Shown here piece after piece: positions 42,536 to 55,769 of a DNA stretch of 64,000 nucleotides; the stretch's first letter is position 1; each line of letters starts with the position of its first letter. Source of the stretch: Octopus sinensis. Its lineage: Eukaryota. The stretch spans positions 58,094,001-58,158,000 of the forward strand of contig NC_043012.1 of the NCBI RefSeq assembly GCF_006345805.1, written 5' to 3'. The notes below the pieces were generated by a model, which ran no database searches, was not told the DNA's origin, and saw only the letters and a program-made list of their open reading frames with translations. The position numbers and the translations under genes were made by a program.

Positions 42536-42621
42536 TATTTTTAGGATGACCCAATATATATGTATGTAATGTATGTATGTATTATGTATGTATGTATGTA
42601 ATGTATGTATTTATGAATATA

Positions 42622-42685
<64 letters not shown>

Positions 42686-42754
42686 AAATTTAGGGTGAAT
42701 ACTTGATAAGTGTAAGCACCTATATATGCCAGATAGTGTCAGAGGTGAGAGGGA

Positions 42755-43269
42755 ATATATCAAATAAAATCAAAAACAGAACACAAAGGATATCGCGGTA
42801 CACGTGTGTCAAGCTTTATAAACGACCCAGTGTATTATTGATATAAAAGATAGTTTAAAGCTCCCTTCAGTCGCAAACATTGTTATTCCAAAGAGTTACA
42901 TCACTCTATAAAAAATATGAAAGTACATGTAGTATTACCCATTATAATAGGTATATCATATCTCCATGAGAAAGTGAATTTGTAAAATTTCGTAACTGTA
43001 TAAAGATTCACTGGATTTTCGAAATTTTACAAATACACTTTCTCAGGGAGATATGATATACCTATTGTAATGGGTAATACTACATGTACTTTTCATATGT
43101 TTTATAGTGTGATGTAACTCTTTGGAATGACAATGTTTGCGGCTGAAGAGAGTTTTAAACCATCTTTTATATCAATTATACACTGATGTAAGAACGGGTC
43201 GTTTATAAAGCTTGAAACACGTGTACCGCGATATCCTTTGTGTTCTGTTTTTGATTTTATTTGATATAT
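42755..43269. mobile_element. Fold-back element: ~240 bp inverted arms, 27 nt spacer, hammerhead in each arm
   Basis: 42755-42992 is the reverse complement of 43020-43269, with few mismatches and one ~11 nt indel; spacer 42993-43019. Confidence 0.9.
43139..43229 (+). ncRNA. Type I hammerhead ribozyme motif, intact core
   Basis: GCGG-CUGAAGA-GAGUUUUA...UAAAGCUU-GAAA-CACGUG-UA-CCGC. Stem II is 8 bp, stem III is the palindrome ACACGUGU, and the predicted cut follows GUA (43225). The mirror copy on the minus strand (~42797-42875) has A9G and A14C. Confidence 0.8.
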
Positions 43270-43324
43270 ATATATATATATACGTATATGTATATATATA
43301 GATATATCTATAGTGTATGTGTAT

Positions 43325-43418
<94 letters not shown>

Positions 43419-43419
<1 letters not shown>

Positions 43420-45690
43420 AGAAGTGACAACACCTTGACGCATACATAGAGACAATATCCAAATTCCCTCTCAACCACACAAATGCAAACAGAATCTCCG
43501 CAGAGGAGAAAAACAAGCCTTACAAAAACTGAAAAATGACAAGTCAATCATTATAAAAGAAGCTGACAAAGGTGGAGCAATAGTTATTATGGATACAGTT
43601 TACTACAAAGAAAAGATACTGGAGTTACTGAACAACCAGACATACTATAAAGAGGAACCAACACTACCGGAGAAAGCAACAATAAAAATAATTAGAACTT
43701 TAGTCAATGAATACCAGGGCTCCTTTACAGATAAGGAGAAATACTATCTATGCAGCACAAGAACCAAAGAAATCAATTTTTATGGATTACCTAAAGTTCA
43801 TAAAAGCTCTGAAATACAGAGAGCCATAAAGGAACAGATGGACCACTATATAAGAATACAAAGGCCTGCAGACCTCACAATGAGACCAATAGTGGCAGGA
43901 CCCCAGACACCAACACAACAACTAAGCCACTTCATAGACGTACTCCTCAAACCTTTATGCCCACAGATACCAAGCTACATAAGGGATGACATAGACTTCC
44001 TCACACACATTCCAAATACAGTCCCGAAAAACACCATACTTGCAAGCTTTGATGTCACAAATCTATACACAAATATACCACACACCCTAGGTCTAGAAGC
44101 AATACAACAATCGATAGAAAAATACAGAGAACTTATAGACGAACGTTTCAAGACAAACTTTATCACCCAAGCCACCCAATTAATACTCGAAGAAAATACA
44201 TTCTCATTCAACAACAAGACATACCGACAGATAAAGGGCACCCTCTATGGGTACAAAATTCGCACCTTCATATGCCAACCTGGTGATGTGTTTCCTGGAG
44301 AACAAACTATACGATGAAATAGGGAAAGTCTTCGAACACGACTTCAGAGAAGACATCAAGAAAAAGTGGAAACGCTACCTCGATGACTGCTTCATCTTTT
44401 GGAACAGATCAGAAGAAGACCTACGAATATTCCACAACATCCTCAATACGCTCAATACCCATCTATCAACTTCACAATAGATACCAGCCACAACGAGCTT
44501 CCCTTCCTAGATATCAACATCAAAATACACAACTTCATCGTCACAACAGACATCCACTACAAAAAAACTGACACACACCAATATTTAAATTTCACTCCAC
44601 CCACTCCTGCCACACTCACACAAAGAAACATCCCATATAGTATGGCAAGACGAATATGTAGCATAGTAACTGATTCACAAATACGACTAATAAGACTAGA
44701 TGAACTTAAAATTCCTCATAGAGCAAAAATACCCCCTTAAACTAATAGAAAATGGAATCACAAGAGCATTGAAATTAGACATCGCACAACTCAGGACCCC
44801 AAAACAAAACAAAGAAAACCTTATCACTTTTATAAAGACGCACAACACCTGGAGTTACCAACATGTTCAAATCATACATTCAAACCTGCCAATAGCCTTA
44901 CAAAGCCCCAAAATGAAAACATATTTTAAAAATATAGCATAAAAAACAGTAGACGACAGGACAAAAACCTAAAGAAACACCTAACAAGAGCGAAATTCTC
45001 TTCAGAAACTAAAACGGAATTCTTTGCAAAAGAGTGCGGAGATGGTAGATGTGGGATCTGCAGCAACCCCACCTATAAATACATAGAGGGAAACAGAGAG
45101 ATGAAATTTAAAAGTGGTTACGTATTTAAAGTAAATGCAGATATGAACTGCAAGACGCAGAACGTTATATGCTGAATAACCTGCCCCACGTGCAAGGAAG
45201 ATTACATAGGTGAAACTGGTAATTCTTTGTGCCAGCGAGCCAGGATTCACCGACAACATGTTCGGCAGGAAGAACTACGCAAGCTACGTGTGCAGAAGGA
45301 AAATTTAAGATCTTTCCTTCTGCAAATGTCCGAAGAACGACACCTCTTTCAGGAGGAATATGGAAAAATATTTCATAGCTAAGTTTTCCCCCAAATTAAA
45401 TGGCTGAAATTTTACTCATCATACATTGAAGGACAGATCTTTCGATTTACAATTCAATATAGTAGAACATTTAGTATATGTGTATATATATATATATGTG
45501 TGTGTGTATGTATATATATATATTACCTGTTATATACATTATATTATTTTTATAATTTACTTAATCTTTACTTTTTAATTGTCATTTTAATTTCAACTTT
45601 CCTATGATATGCAATTTTCAAGATGGTGTAATTTAATTGTTCATTTTGAATCGATAAAAGGTGTTTTTTTCTAATACTTCATGTATAAGC

Positions 45691-45724
<34 letters not shown>

Positions 45725-46390
45725 GTATAAATATCAACACAATTTTTTATTCCTTCCTCCCTTTTTTTCTCTCTTCCCTTCTCGAAACTCACAGTCACCC
45801 ACACACGCACGCACACACACAGACACACACACCTCCACAAAACAATCAAAAACGTAAAAAGAATTCTTAAACCCCAAAAAACATTTGACCATTAAACACA
45901 CACACTCTCTCACAATGATAAAAAAAAATATAATTTATGGCCTACCTCCTCGCCACCACACACTCAGTGACAATGTGAAATGGTCAAAACTGAAATTCTT
46001 TCTTTTTCCCAAGACCTTAGAACCCCCTTTTATTATTTTCTTCTTCTTCCCTCTCCCTTCCCCTCTTTTTCTTTAGCACCTATCCCAGATACAAAAACAC
46101 ACACACATCTGCTCTCTCTCACTTTCTCCTCATCCATCACCCTCTTGTACTGTCTTATATTCCTCCCCACCACTCAACACCACTATAAAATAGTCAAAAC
46201 TCCTCACACAGGAACTTAGTTTGATTTGAAAACCCCATTAGAATGGGAGAAAGCGCTAATGATCTAAGCTATATGATATATATAAAAATGAAATATACAA
46301 AAAAATATCTGCAAATATAAACCATCCGATTTTCTGAGTACTTCATTTCTTCTAATATATAATACCTGTACATCAACTCCAAACCTTCCA
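43419..46390 (+). mobile_element. Penelope-like retroelement (RT + GIY-YIG), 5'-truncated, frameshifted, with 3' terminal region
   Basis: KSIIIKEADKGGAIVIMD, RPIVAG, SFDVTNLYTNIP, MGTKFAPSYANL, WKRYLDDCFIFW, HYKKTDTHQYLNF; then CGDGRCGIC and NVI...ITCPTCKEDYIGETG (~45030-45260). (TA)n on both sides. Confidence 0.92.
46215..46268 (+). ncRNA. Decayed hammerhead motif at the 3' end of the Penelope element
   Basis: CUUAG..GAU-uUGAAaA-CCCC-AUUAGAAU-GGGA-GAAA-GCGC-UA-AUGAUCUAAG, with palindromic AGCGCU. C3 and G8 are mutated, so it is probably inactive. Confidence 0.5.
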
Positions 46391-46395
46391 ATATA

Positions 46396-46439
<44 letters not shown>

Positions 46440-46453
46440 TATAATTATATATC

Positions 46454-46498
<45 letters not shown>

Positions 46499-46509
46499 TA
46501 TATAATATA

Positions 46510-46650
46510 TATGCGACGGGATTCTTTCAGTTCCTGTCTACGAAAACTACTTACAAGGCTTTTTTGATCGGGCCGAGGCTATGGTAAAAGCACTTACCCA
46601 AGATGCCATGTCGTGGGACCGAACTTTGAACTATGTGGCTTGGAGCCACA
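46510..46650 (-). mobile_element. SINE-A 5' half
   Basis: gcgacgggattctttcagttcctgtctacg...gggccgaggctatgg. Confidence 0.8.
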
Positions 46651-46746
46651 TCTGCGACTGTATATAATATAAATTTGTACATACATGTATACACATACTT
46701 ATATATACGTATGATATATATACATATATATATATGTATGTATATC

Positions 46747-46778
<32 letters not shown>

Positions 46779-47389
46779 TGTATGTATGTATGTATATGTA
46801 TGTATGTACCTATATATGAAACAGATGTGTTTTGCGTTGAGTAACGGCTGTGATTCATTAAATTGTAAATCAGAGATTCAGAGATAAGATTGTGCTAAAT
46901 AGATCGGACTAAATTCGAGCAATCCTCTAAGAAAATTTGGAACGCAAAAATCAAGGGAATTATGGGGGAGATTATACTTAAGAACTTGTAATGTCATAGA
47001 TACAGGTTAAGGAGTGCTTGTATTAGTATATAACAAGTTTGAAAATATATATATATGGCTATACAGAATTAGTCCATGTAGCACCCTTTTGGACATGATG
47101 TCTTATTAACAGACTTTTGAGCACCATTCTGTCGTCTACTATGTGTGTGCATCTGGAAGATTCCACTGTGTTTACTGATTGGAAACGTGACTATATTTTG
47201 AAGTTATTTGAGCCATTGCAATAGAACACACTGAGTTAATGAGAAAGAAGAAAGATTGGAAGCATTTTAAGCGTGTATTTAGCATTATCCCGTTGATAAT
47301 TTAACGCAGAATATAAAGCGTGTTCTATATCATTAAGCAATGCAGGGCCTGTGGATATTCTGAAGCAATGTTAATGCATCTTTCTCTTG

Positions 47390-47870
47390 GACTTACTTTT
47401 AAATCTCAACTCTGGAGTCGATCCCGGTGTACTAGTGAGATGGACAGATTGTGGTTTCATCTGGCATAACATAATATCTGCATAATTCTTCTTTGAACAC
47501 ATCTATATCTACAGCTTGTAAACCACTGTGAATTTCCGTAGACCACTGTCAACTTTGCATTGCCTTTAATCCCTGAGCTGTTACAGTATTAGGCTCTTAC
47601 TCTGGACAGAAAGGGTAAGATCGTTTGTATAATGCACCCAGTCAGGTGTAGGTTAAATTCTGTAAACTAGACAAATATTATGTCAGATGAAAGCCCACAT
47701 TCTCGGTAGACACATTGCTGTAATTGGGTTAATATACTATAACAAATGGAAACTGACCAGTGCGATTAAGAATAAAACGATTCTATTGCAAAGAATGTTT
47801 GCCTGCTGTGCAGAATAGCATCAAAGGTTAACCAAAGACGCTTTGTCACGTCAAACCACTGAAAGAACCA
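47390..47870 (-). mobile_element. Old CR1/L2-group LINE 3' relic
   Basis: Minus-strand HSGLQAVDIDVFKEELCRYYVMPDETT resembles the 35.2 kb copy (LHGVDVDVFK...VPEEPT). Confidence 0.55.
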
Positions 47871-47931
47871 CCTGGGGATAAAGACAACGACTGCTGACTC
47901 TTGTCAATAAAAGTAAATACATACATACAAC

Positions 47932-47973
<42 letters not shown>

Positions 47974-48086
47974 CTGTGTATATATTATATATATATAATA
48001 TATATATATATATATTGATGTATATAAAATACGTATATATATACATATAGATACACGCAACACACATACATATATACGTGTTATAT

Positions 48087-48158
<72 letters not shown>

Positions 48159-48207
48159 AATATATACACCATAACATATATAAATATGCGTGTGTGTATG
48201 TATGTAT

Positions 48208-48238
<31 letters not shown>

Positions 48239-48766
48239 TACACTCATATGGAATAATTGTTAGAATTTACGAGAAAAAGCTTGGGTAGTAACGCGAAGTC
48301 AATGTCAGCATTTTATTTGTAAATGCATTGAATAATACTTCCGCATAGTGTCATAAAGTTAGATAAATCTCCATAAAAACATACATACGTGTGTATGTAT
48401 GCATTTGCGTGTGTCTGCGTGTGCGCATGTTCTTTTGTGTGTATAGATATATACGCATGTATGAATATATGTTTATGTCTGTATATATCGTGTCTACTTG
48501 TGAGGTTTTGTGCGTGTATGTCTTTGTGTTGACGGAAACATGTGACTCAAATATTTCTAAGGTGTAAAACTTCCACTCCTCGTGGCACTAAATAGCTTTC
48601 TATATCTTACATTATCTGTGGGAGACCAAGCGACTATTCAGACGGACAAACTGTCCACTCTGGACTGATCTTGCCCACCAGCAATCGGCTTCTTACACAA
48701 CGCGACCTTTAATCACTAGCGTCGTCATCGTTGTCGTCGTTATCACCCGTTAAGATATGTAAGCAC

Positions 48767-48797
<31 letters not shown>

Positions 48798-48932
48798 TGT
48801 ATGTATGTATGCATGTATGTGCGTATGCATGCATGTATATATTTATGCTAGCTTCTAAGTTTGTATGGGAGCGCATGTATATGCATGCATATATGCATAT
48901 ATATATGTATATATAATATATATAATATATAT

Positions 48933-48973
<41 letters not shown>

Positions 48974-49002
48974 GATAGATAGATAGATATGTACATCTAT
49001 CT

Positions 49003-49046
<44 letters not shown>

Positions 49047-49240
49047 CCTATCTATCTGTCTATCTTTCTATATAAATATATATATATCAATATATATAAT
49101 TCATATATATATGTAAATATATGTGTATATTCATATATATAAATATATCAGATATAAATACATGCATACATATATGTACGAGTATGTATATAAGTATATA
49201 TATATTCATAAACATGGTATGTATATATATATACATACAT

Positions 49241-49309
<69 letters not shown>

Positions 49310-49469
49310 GGTGTGTGTGTGTGTTGTGTGTGTGTGTGTATGTGTGCGTGCAGACATGCATATATACTTAACACATGTATGCATACACATACACTCACGC
49401 ACACAGAATAACATATATACATACGTAAGCAGTCTCTCAGAATTGTGATGGGTAAATGGGTGAAAGGAT

Positions 49470-49850
49470 ATTTGTTGCAACAACAAAAACAACAACAGCA
49501 ACAACAACAACAACAACAACAACATCAGCAACAACAATAATAATAGTAATGCTCTTCGGAGAAGGACAAGAGAAAAGCAAAAGAAGGGATTTGATGAAGT
49601 GCCTGCGAATATTTGTGAGTCTGTATATTGGCTATGATTGTGTCAGATTATGCACGAAAGTGTGTTACAGACAAGGAGCAGAAAAAGTTTGAGACAAAGA
49701 GCGAATAAAAGAAAGAGCGAAGACATATATAGACAAGATGAATAAATAGCAACAACAACAAGAACAACAACAATGATAATAATAATAATAATCATAATAA
49801 TCATATAATAATATAATAATAATAATAATAATAATAATGATATGATGATG

Positions 49851-49894
<44 letters not shown>

Positions 49895-50181
49895 TAATAA
49901 TAATAATATGATGATGATTGATGATGTTGATAATAATAATATAATAATAATAATGATAATAATAATAATAATAATAATATATAATATAATAGCAATAAAA
50001 ATAATGATGATAATAATAATAATATAAAATAATAATATATATAATGATGATAATGATTAACAATAATAATAACATAACATAATAATATAATAATAATAAT
50101 CATAATAATAATAATAATGATGATGATAATAATATTAATAATAATGATGAAACAATAACAATAATAATAATAATAATAATA

Positions 50182-50229
<48 letters not shown>

Positions 50230-50256
50230 TACAACAACAATAATCTAATAATAATA

Positions 50257-50290
<34 letters not shown>

Positions 50291-50322
50291 TAAATAACAT
50301 ATTATAATAATAATGATGATAA
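49470..50322. repeat. (CAA)n and long degenerate (TAA/TGA)n array
   Basis: Direct. Confidence 0.95.
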
Positions 50323-50639
50323 TGGTAAAATGGCTAGGCGAGGAATATTTACTTCCATAGAGCTAATGATATACCTTATCTGTGTACTCATACATTCAGA
50401 CAGACGTATCTTCTAGATTCTAACACGAATACTTTAACAACGACTAAACTGCACCGTGCCACCCCTCTGCCACCCCTACTCCTTCTCCTCCTCCTCCTCC
50501 CCTCCTCCACCACCACCTCCCGTTCACCCTTTCATTGTTAGTTTTTTTTTCCTTTGTCTCGTTCGTTGCTCTCACTCCAGTCTATCTGCATGCACCTACA
50601 CCACCACCACCACCACCACTATGTTTTTTCCTTGTTTAT

Positions 50640-50811
50640 CTTCGTCATGTTCTCTCTGTCTCTCTCTGTCTCTCTCTCTCTTTATATATCTGTCTCTCTG
50701 TCTCTCTCTCTATTTCACTAATGTTGATGTTACATAATTTCGTAAATATTCTTGGTTTTCACTTTTGCTTCATGTTCTTTGTATTTCAAGAGGTATAATC
50801 TCTATATCCTA

Positions 50812-50851
<40 letters not shown>

Positions 50852-51850
50852 CTCTCTCTCCCCTCTCCCTCTCATCCGAGTCTCTCTGCCTTTGTCTCTA
50901 TCTGTCCGTCTGTCTGTCTGTCTTTCTGTTTCTGTCTGTCTGTCTGTTTCTGTTTCTGTCTGTCTGTCTGTTTCTGTTTCTGTCTGTCTGTCTCTCTCTC
51001 TTTCTCTCACATCTGTTCCTCTTTGTCTTTGTCTCAACCTCTCTGCATCTCTCTCACCCTTCCTCTCTCTCTCTGTCTCTGTTTCTCTGTTTCTCTCTCT
51101 TTCCCTTTCTCTTTCTCTCTGTTTCGGCCTCTGTGTTTCTCCCTCTCTCTCTCCTTGTTTCTCTGGTTATATGCCTCTTTGTCTGTCTCACTCTGTCTCT
51201 CTCTAACAGTTTCTCTGTCATCGAGATTCTCTGTCCATCTGTCTGTCTGTCTGGCAGTTTGTCTGGCAGTCTGCTTGTCTGTTTCGCTCTCAATATCTCT
51301 TCTTCACTCAGTCTTCTCTCTCTCTCTCTCTCTCTCTCTCTGTCCCTCCCTCCCCTCTCTGTCATATTCTGTGTCCAATGCTTTTGTCTGTTAATCTCTC
51401 TGTCTGACTTCCTGCATGCCTGTCTGACTTCCTGCCTACCTGCCTACCTGTCTGTCTGCCTACTTGTCTGTCTGTCTGTCCATCTGTGTATGGCCTTGTG
51501 CATCTGTTTACCACTCTTTACTCCTATATCTGTCGCTCTACACGTCTAACTATGAATCTCTCTTTCTCTTTCTCTCTCTCTCTATGCCTGTCTTTCCCCA
51601 TCTCCGTCTCTCTCTCTCTCTCTCTCTCTTCCTCTCTCACCCTCTCTGATTTTTCTTTCTTTTGTTCTTACTCTATCTTTCTAGTCTCATCATTTCTCTA
51701 CATTCATTTTTCGCCTTCTCCTCCTTTATGTTTTTCTCCTCCCACTTCCCTTCATCCTACTCTTCCTACTTCTCCTCCCTTCATCCTTGCTTGCTCCTCC
51801 CCCTCACAACTCCTCAGTCTCAATTACTCTCCAGCCAAGCTGATATCTTC
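50640..51850. repeat. ~1.2 kb pyrimidine-rich (CT)n/(CTGT)n cryptic repeat
   Basis: Strongly strand-biased C/T tract; it accounts for the ORFs at 50752-51896. Confidence 0.9.
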
Positions 51851-52605
51851 ACGTTTCTCATCAAGACTGTTTCTCCGTTACGAAATAAATAAATAAATAA
51901 ATAAATAAAGAAAGAAAAAAGAAAGAAAGAAAGAAAGAAAAATTATACAAAACAAAAATAAAAGAAACAAATTACCTAACACATTTCGCTCTTTCACTCG
52001 CCATTGTTTAATAGCGGAAGAATGCATAAAATTAATATGGCAAACTATTTGAGGGCGGAGCTCCAGCGTGGTCTGTAAGAGCTGTGACGTCTAAATAAAC
52101 TAAAACGAGAAAATAAAATCCTGAAGTGGGGAATATTAAGAATCCGAGGAAACGGCAATCAAAGCAACGACAGCACGCTCCCTTTCAACCATTCTCTCTC
52201 CTTCTCAACCTCTTTCACGCATATGGAAAACTGGGATGTGAAACCTTATACGGTTTACACTTCACGGCAAATGAACTTATGGACCCCTTTCACAAATTCC
52301 CCTGAAGGACTGTTGTAAAACTTTACTTTAAGGGATCATATGTTAATATGTTAAATTATGCCGTTGAGAAGGAAGCATAGGATTGTGGAAGGGATTCGCT
52401 GCAGATTGTAATGGTTTATTTCCTACTACATATGGATTTTAATAAAGGCAAATATTAGGGTTTTATTTGAATGTTTTCACCTCATACACACATGTATTCA
52501 TGCATACATACGTACATGTGTTTGTGTGTATATATATATATATTAATATATATATATATATAATATATATATTATATATATATATATATATTATATATTA
52601 TATAT

Positions 52606-52659
<54 letters not shown>

Positions 52660-52795
52660 AGACGAATATGGTACTTAAGTTGAAGGCACCAGAATTTAGT
52701 ATGGTATTATCAATACAATTTAAAATACGGTGATTATAATCAAAATAAGCAAAATAAGTTGCTTATTTTGATTTTATATATATGTATATATATAT

Positions 52796-52864
<69 letters not shown>

Positions 52865-52879
52865 GTGTGTGTGTGTGTG

Positions 52880-53575
52880 CAAATATAATATGTAAATATT
52901 ATTCCGTAGCCATGATAAAACTCCGAGATTCGATTGTCGGGGCGGAAACCCACGTCAGCATCTCTTCAGTTATTGGGCCATCGAAAAAGAGAATTATGAA
53001 AATGACCGTTAAAACGAAGGGAAATTACTGTGTGATTGACCGCTATTAAGACAAAAGAGCTGTGCGTATATAGACGAGTGTATGAACCTTTTTTGTGCGT
53101 GTGTGTGTGTATGTCTGTGAGAGCGTGTATGCGGGTATGTATATATTTTTGGGCGAATGTTTGGGCGAGCATGTGTGTGCTTCAAGAGAGGGTGAATGAG
53201 TATGTAAATATAGGCGCATGTACGTGGTTGTCCAGGCGCGCATGTGCATGTATGGACATGCGCGCTTACGCGATTACTATGTTCATCTTTACTCCCTCAA
53301 CTTTACTCCCCTTACTTAGCGGTCATTCTAATAGTTGTTTTGTCCTAATAACGGTCAATCACACAGTAATTTCCCTTTGTTTTAACGGTCATTTTCATAG
53401 CATTTTTTCGAAGGCCCGATAACTGAAGAGATGCCGGCGTGGGATTCCGCCCCGACAATCGAAACTGGGAGTTTTATCATGGCTACCGAATAATTGTTAT
53501 TTATTATATTTACAGATACATTCCTCTATTTACATAATATCGAGGTCTCTTTCATTCTTTTGCTGTCTTGCCATT
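52880..53575. mobile_element. Second fold-back element: ~180 bp inverted arms, ~275 bp spacer, hammerhead in each arm
   Basis: ~52880-53060 is the reverse complement of ~53335-53510; embedded in (TA)n-rich DNA. Confidence 0.88.
53418..53478 (+). ncRNA. Type I hammerhead ribozyme motif, intact core
   Basis: GAUAA-CUGAAGA-GAU...AUC-GAAA-CU(GGG)AG-UU-UUAUC. Stem I is 5 bp, G10.1:C11.1 is present, stem III is 3 bp, and the predicted cut follows GUU (53473). The mirror copy at 52914-52974 (-) has GAAU instead of GAAA. Confidence 0.82.
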
Positions 53576-53580
53576 TCTAT

Positions 53581-53641
<61 letters not shown>

Positions 53642-54314
53642 GAAGTCTAGGATGTTAGCGATTAGACGATTAAATACAAGATATTTATAATATATGTAAA
53701 CCATTTCACTGATAAAGTATGGCAGGAAATCGAAGACGTAATATATTACACATTTATATTTTTTAAGAATTTACCACATTCATATGACAAAATACTAAAT
53801 AAGTATTATATTTGAAGTCTAGTCTTTATTATAAATGTAACGATTCATCACGTAACATTAAGATTTGTTCAATTTTAACTACGTAGTCTAACTGTATTAG
53901 AGATGGCGTATGCCTTCAATATCCTTCCTTCATAATGTTTTACTCCACGGCGAAAAGATAAAGGATAATGACTTTTACACTCCAAGAGACGACATGTGTA
54001 TAAATGAAAGAATATCACTTTCAAAGATGTTTTCTTCTAAGACTGCATCTTCAGTGCTATCAGTGTAGAATTTAAATCGTCTCGACTCTCAAACGATTCA
54101 GACAAAATGCGTTTTCTAATGTAATATGTGATTCATGCTTGTCTATAAACTTGTCACAATCGTATAGATTTCAAAATTTATATGGAATTTCCATTAGTAA
54201 CAGCTAATTTTAAAAAACATTTCGAAGAAATTATTTCAGCGACTTCAAGGAACTCTTAAAATTTGTCGAAATGAAATGCAAGAGTTCCGGATTAATAATC
54301 TCTCACTGTGATAA

Positions 54315-54525
54315 AGCGGTGACCTGGCAGGATCGTTAGCACGCTGGTGTAAAAATAAAAAAATGCTTAGTGACATTTCATCAGTCCTTACGTTCTAAGT
54401 TCAAATTCCACCGAGGTCGACTTTGTCATCGTCTCGGAGTTGATAAAATAAGTACCAATCAAGTACTTATGGGGTCGCTGAAATCCACTAGCCCCCTCAC
54501 ACAAAATTTCAGACTTTGTAACCAT
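54315..54525 (+). mobile_element. SINE-B
   Basis: aaagcggtgacctggcaggatcgttagcacg...gttcaaattccaccgaggtcgac. Confidence 0.85.
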
Positions 54526-54989
54526 ATTAGAAAGGTATACTTTTTCTCTTTCCCTCACTTACTTTTTCTTTCACTCTCACTCACTCACTCACTCATTGAA
54601 TCTCCCTCCCCTCCCTCTCTCTGTCTCGTTCGTCTTTTATTCTTACTTTTTTCATAGTGTTGGAAAAAAATAGTTCACGGTGATTCATTATGACCGAGTT
54701 CAAATCTTATTTCTTCCTTGTATCGTTACAATGTTCCCACAACTCTTGGAAAATGTGTTGTGGAGTGCTTATAATAGATACCATTATTTTTTGTTATTTT
54801 ACAGAATGCATATAACAATAATATGAGAGAAACTCCTGTATAGCCACCGGCAACACAACCCAAATTCTTGGAATGGCGTTGTTTAACCACAGATCAATCG
54901 TGATCGAATGTAAAGTTCGATATAGCAATTTCAGATGATCTAGGTTTCAAGTTACATCCAGGACAAACGAAATCGATTTCATACTGGTT

Positions 54990-55590
54990 TCAAATTTTGG
55001 CGCAAGGCCGGCAATTTCGGAGGCGGGGGTAAGTTGATTACATCGATCTCAGCGCTCTAATTGTACTCATTTTATCAACCCTGAAAGGTTAAAAGACAAA
55101 ATCGACTTCAGAGGAAGTTGAATTCATTAACGTAGAGACGGACGGAATTCCTCTAAGCTTTTCGCCCGGCTTGCTAACGATTCTTATTACTTTACTGCCC
55201 ACAAGGTGCTACACGCAGAGGGGACAAACAAGGACAGACAAACGGATTATATCGACCCCAGTGCGTAACTGCTATTTAATTTATCGACCCCGAAAGGTTG
55301 AGAAGCAAAGTCGACCTCGGTGGAATTTGAACTCAGAACGTAAAGGCAGACGAAATACGTATGTCTTTACTAACCACAAGGGGCTAAACACAGAAGGGAC
55401 AAACAAGGACAGACAAACGGATTAAGCCAATAATATCGACCCCAGTGCGCAACTTGTACTTATTTAATCGACCTCGAAAGGATGAAAGGGAAAGTTGACC
55501 TCGGCGGAATTTGAACTCAGAACGTAGCGGCAGACAAAATACCGCTAAGCATTTCGCCCGGTGTGCTAACGATTCTGCCAACTTACCACC
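54990..55590 (-). mobile_element. SINE-B array with three reiterated modules
   Basis: gggacaaacaaggacagacaaacggatta...ggaatttgaactcagaacg is repeated. Confidence 0.88.
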
Positions 55591-55722
55591 TCAGAAATTT
55601 CATACAAACCTTGTTAACCTGAATCTAGTTGCGTACAACCTTGCTCACTGCTGCTGCTACAACTATTAATGTTGCTACTACTACTACTACTATTAATGTT
55701 GCTGCTGCTGCTACTGCTGCCA

Positions 55723-55769
<47 letters not shown>

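Noticed and set aside
42683-46390. Treating the 42.8 kb fold-back as the 5' inverted terminal repeat of the adjacent Penelope element
   Set aside because: Its sequence and HHR do not match the element's own 3' end (46.2 kb), and a (TA)n tract separates them, so they are probably independent insertions.
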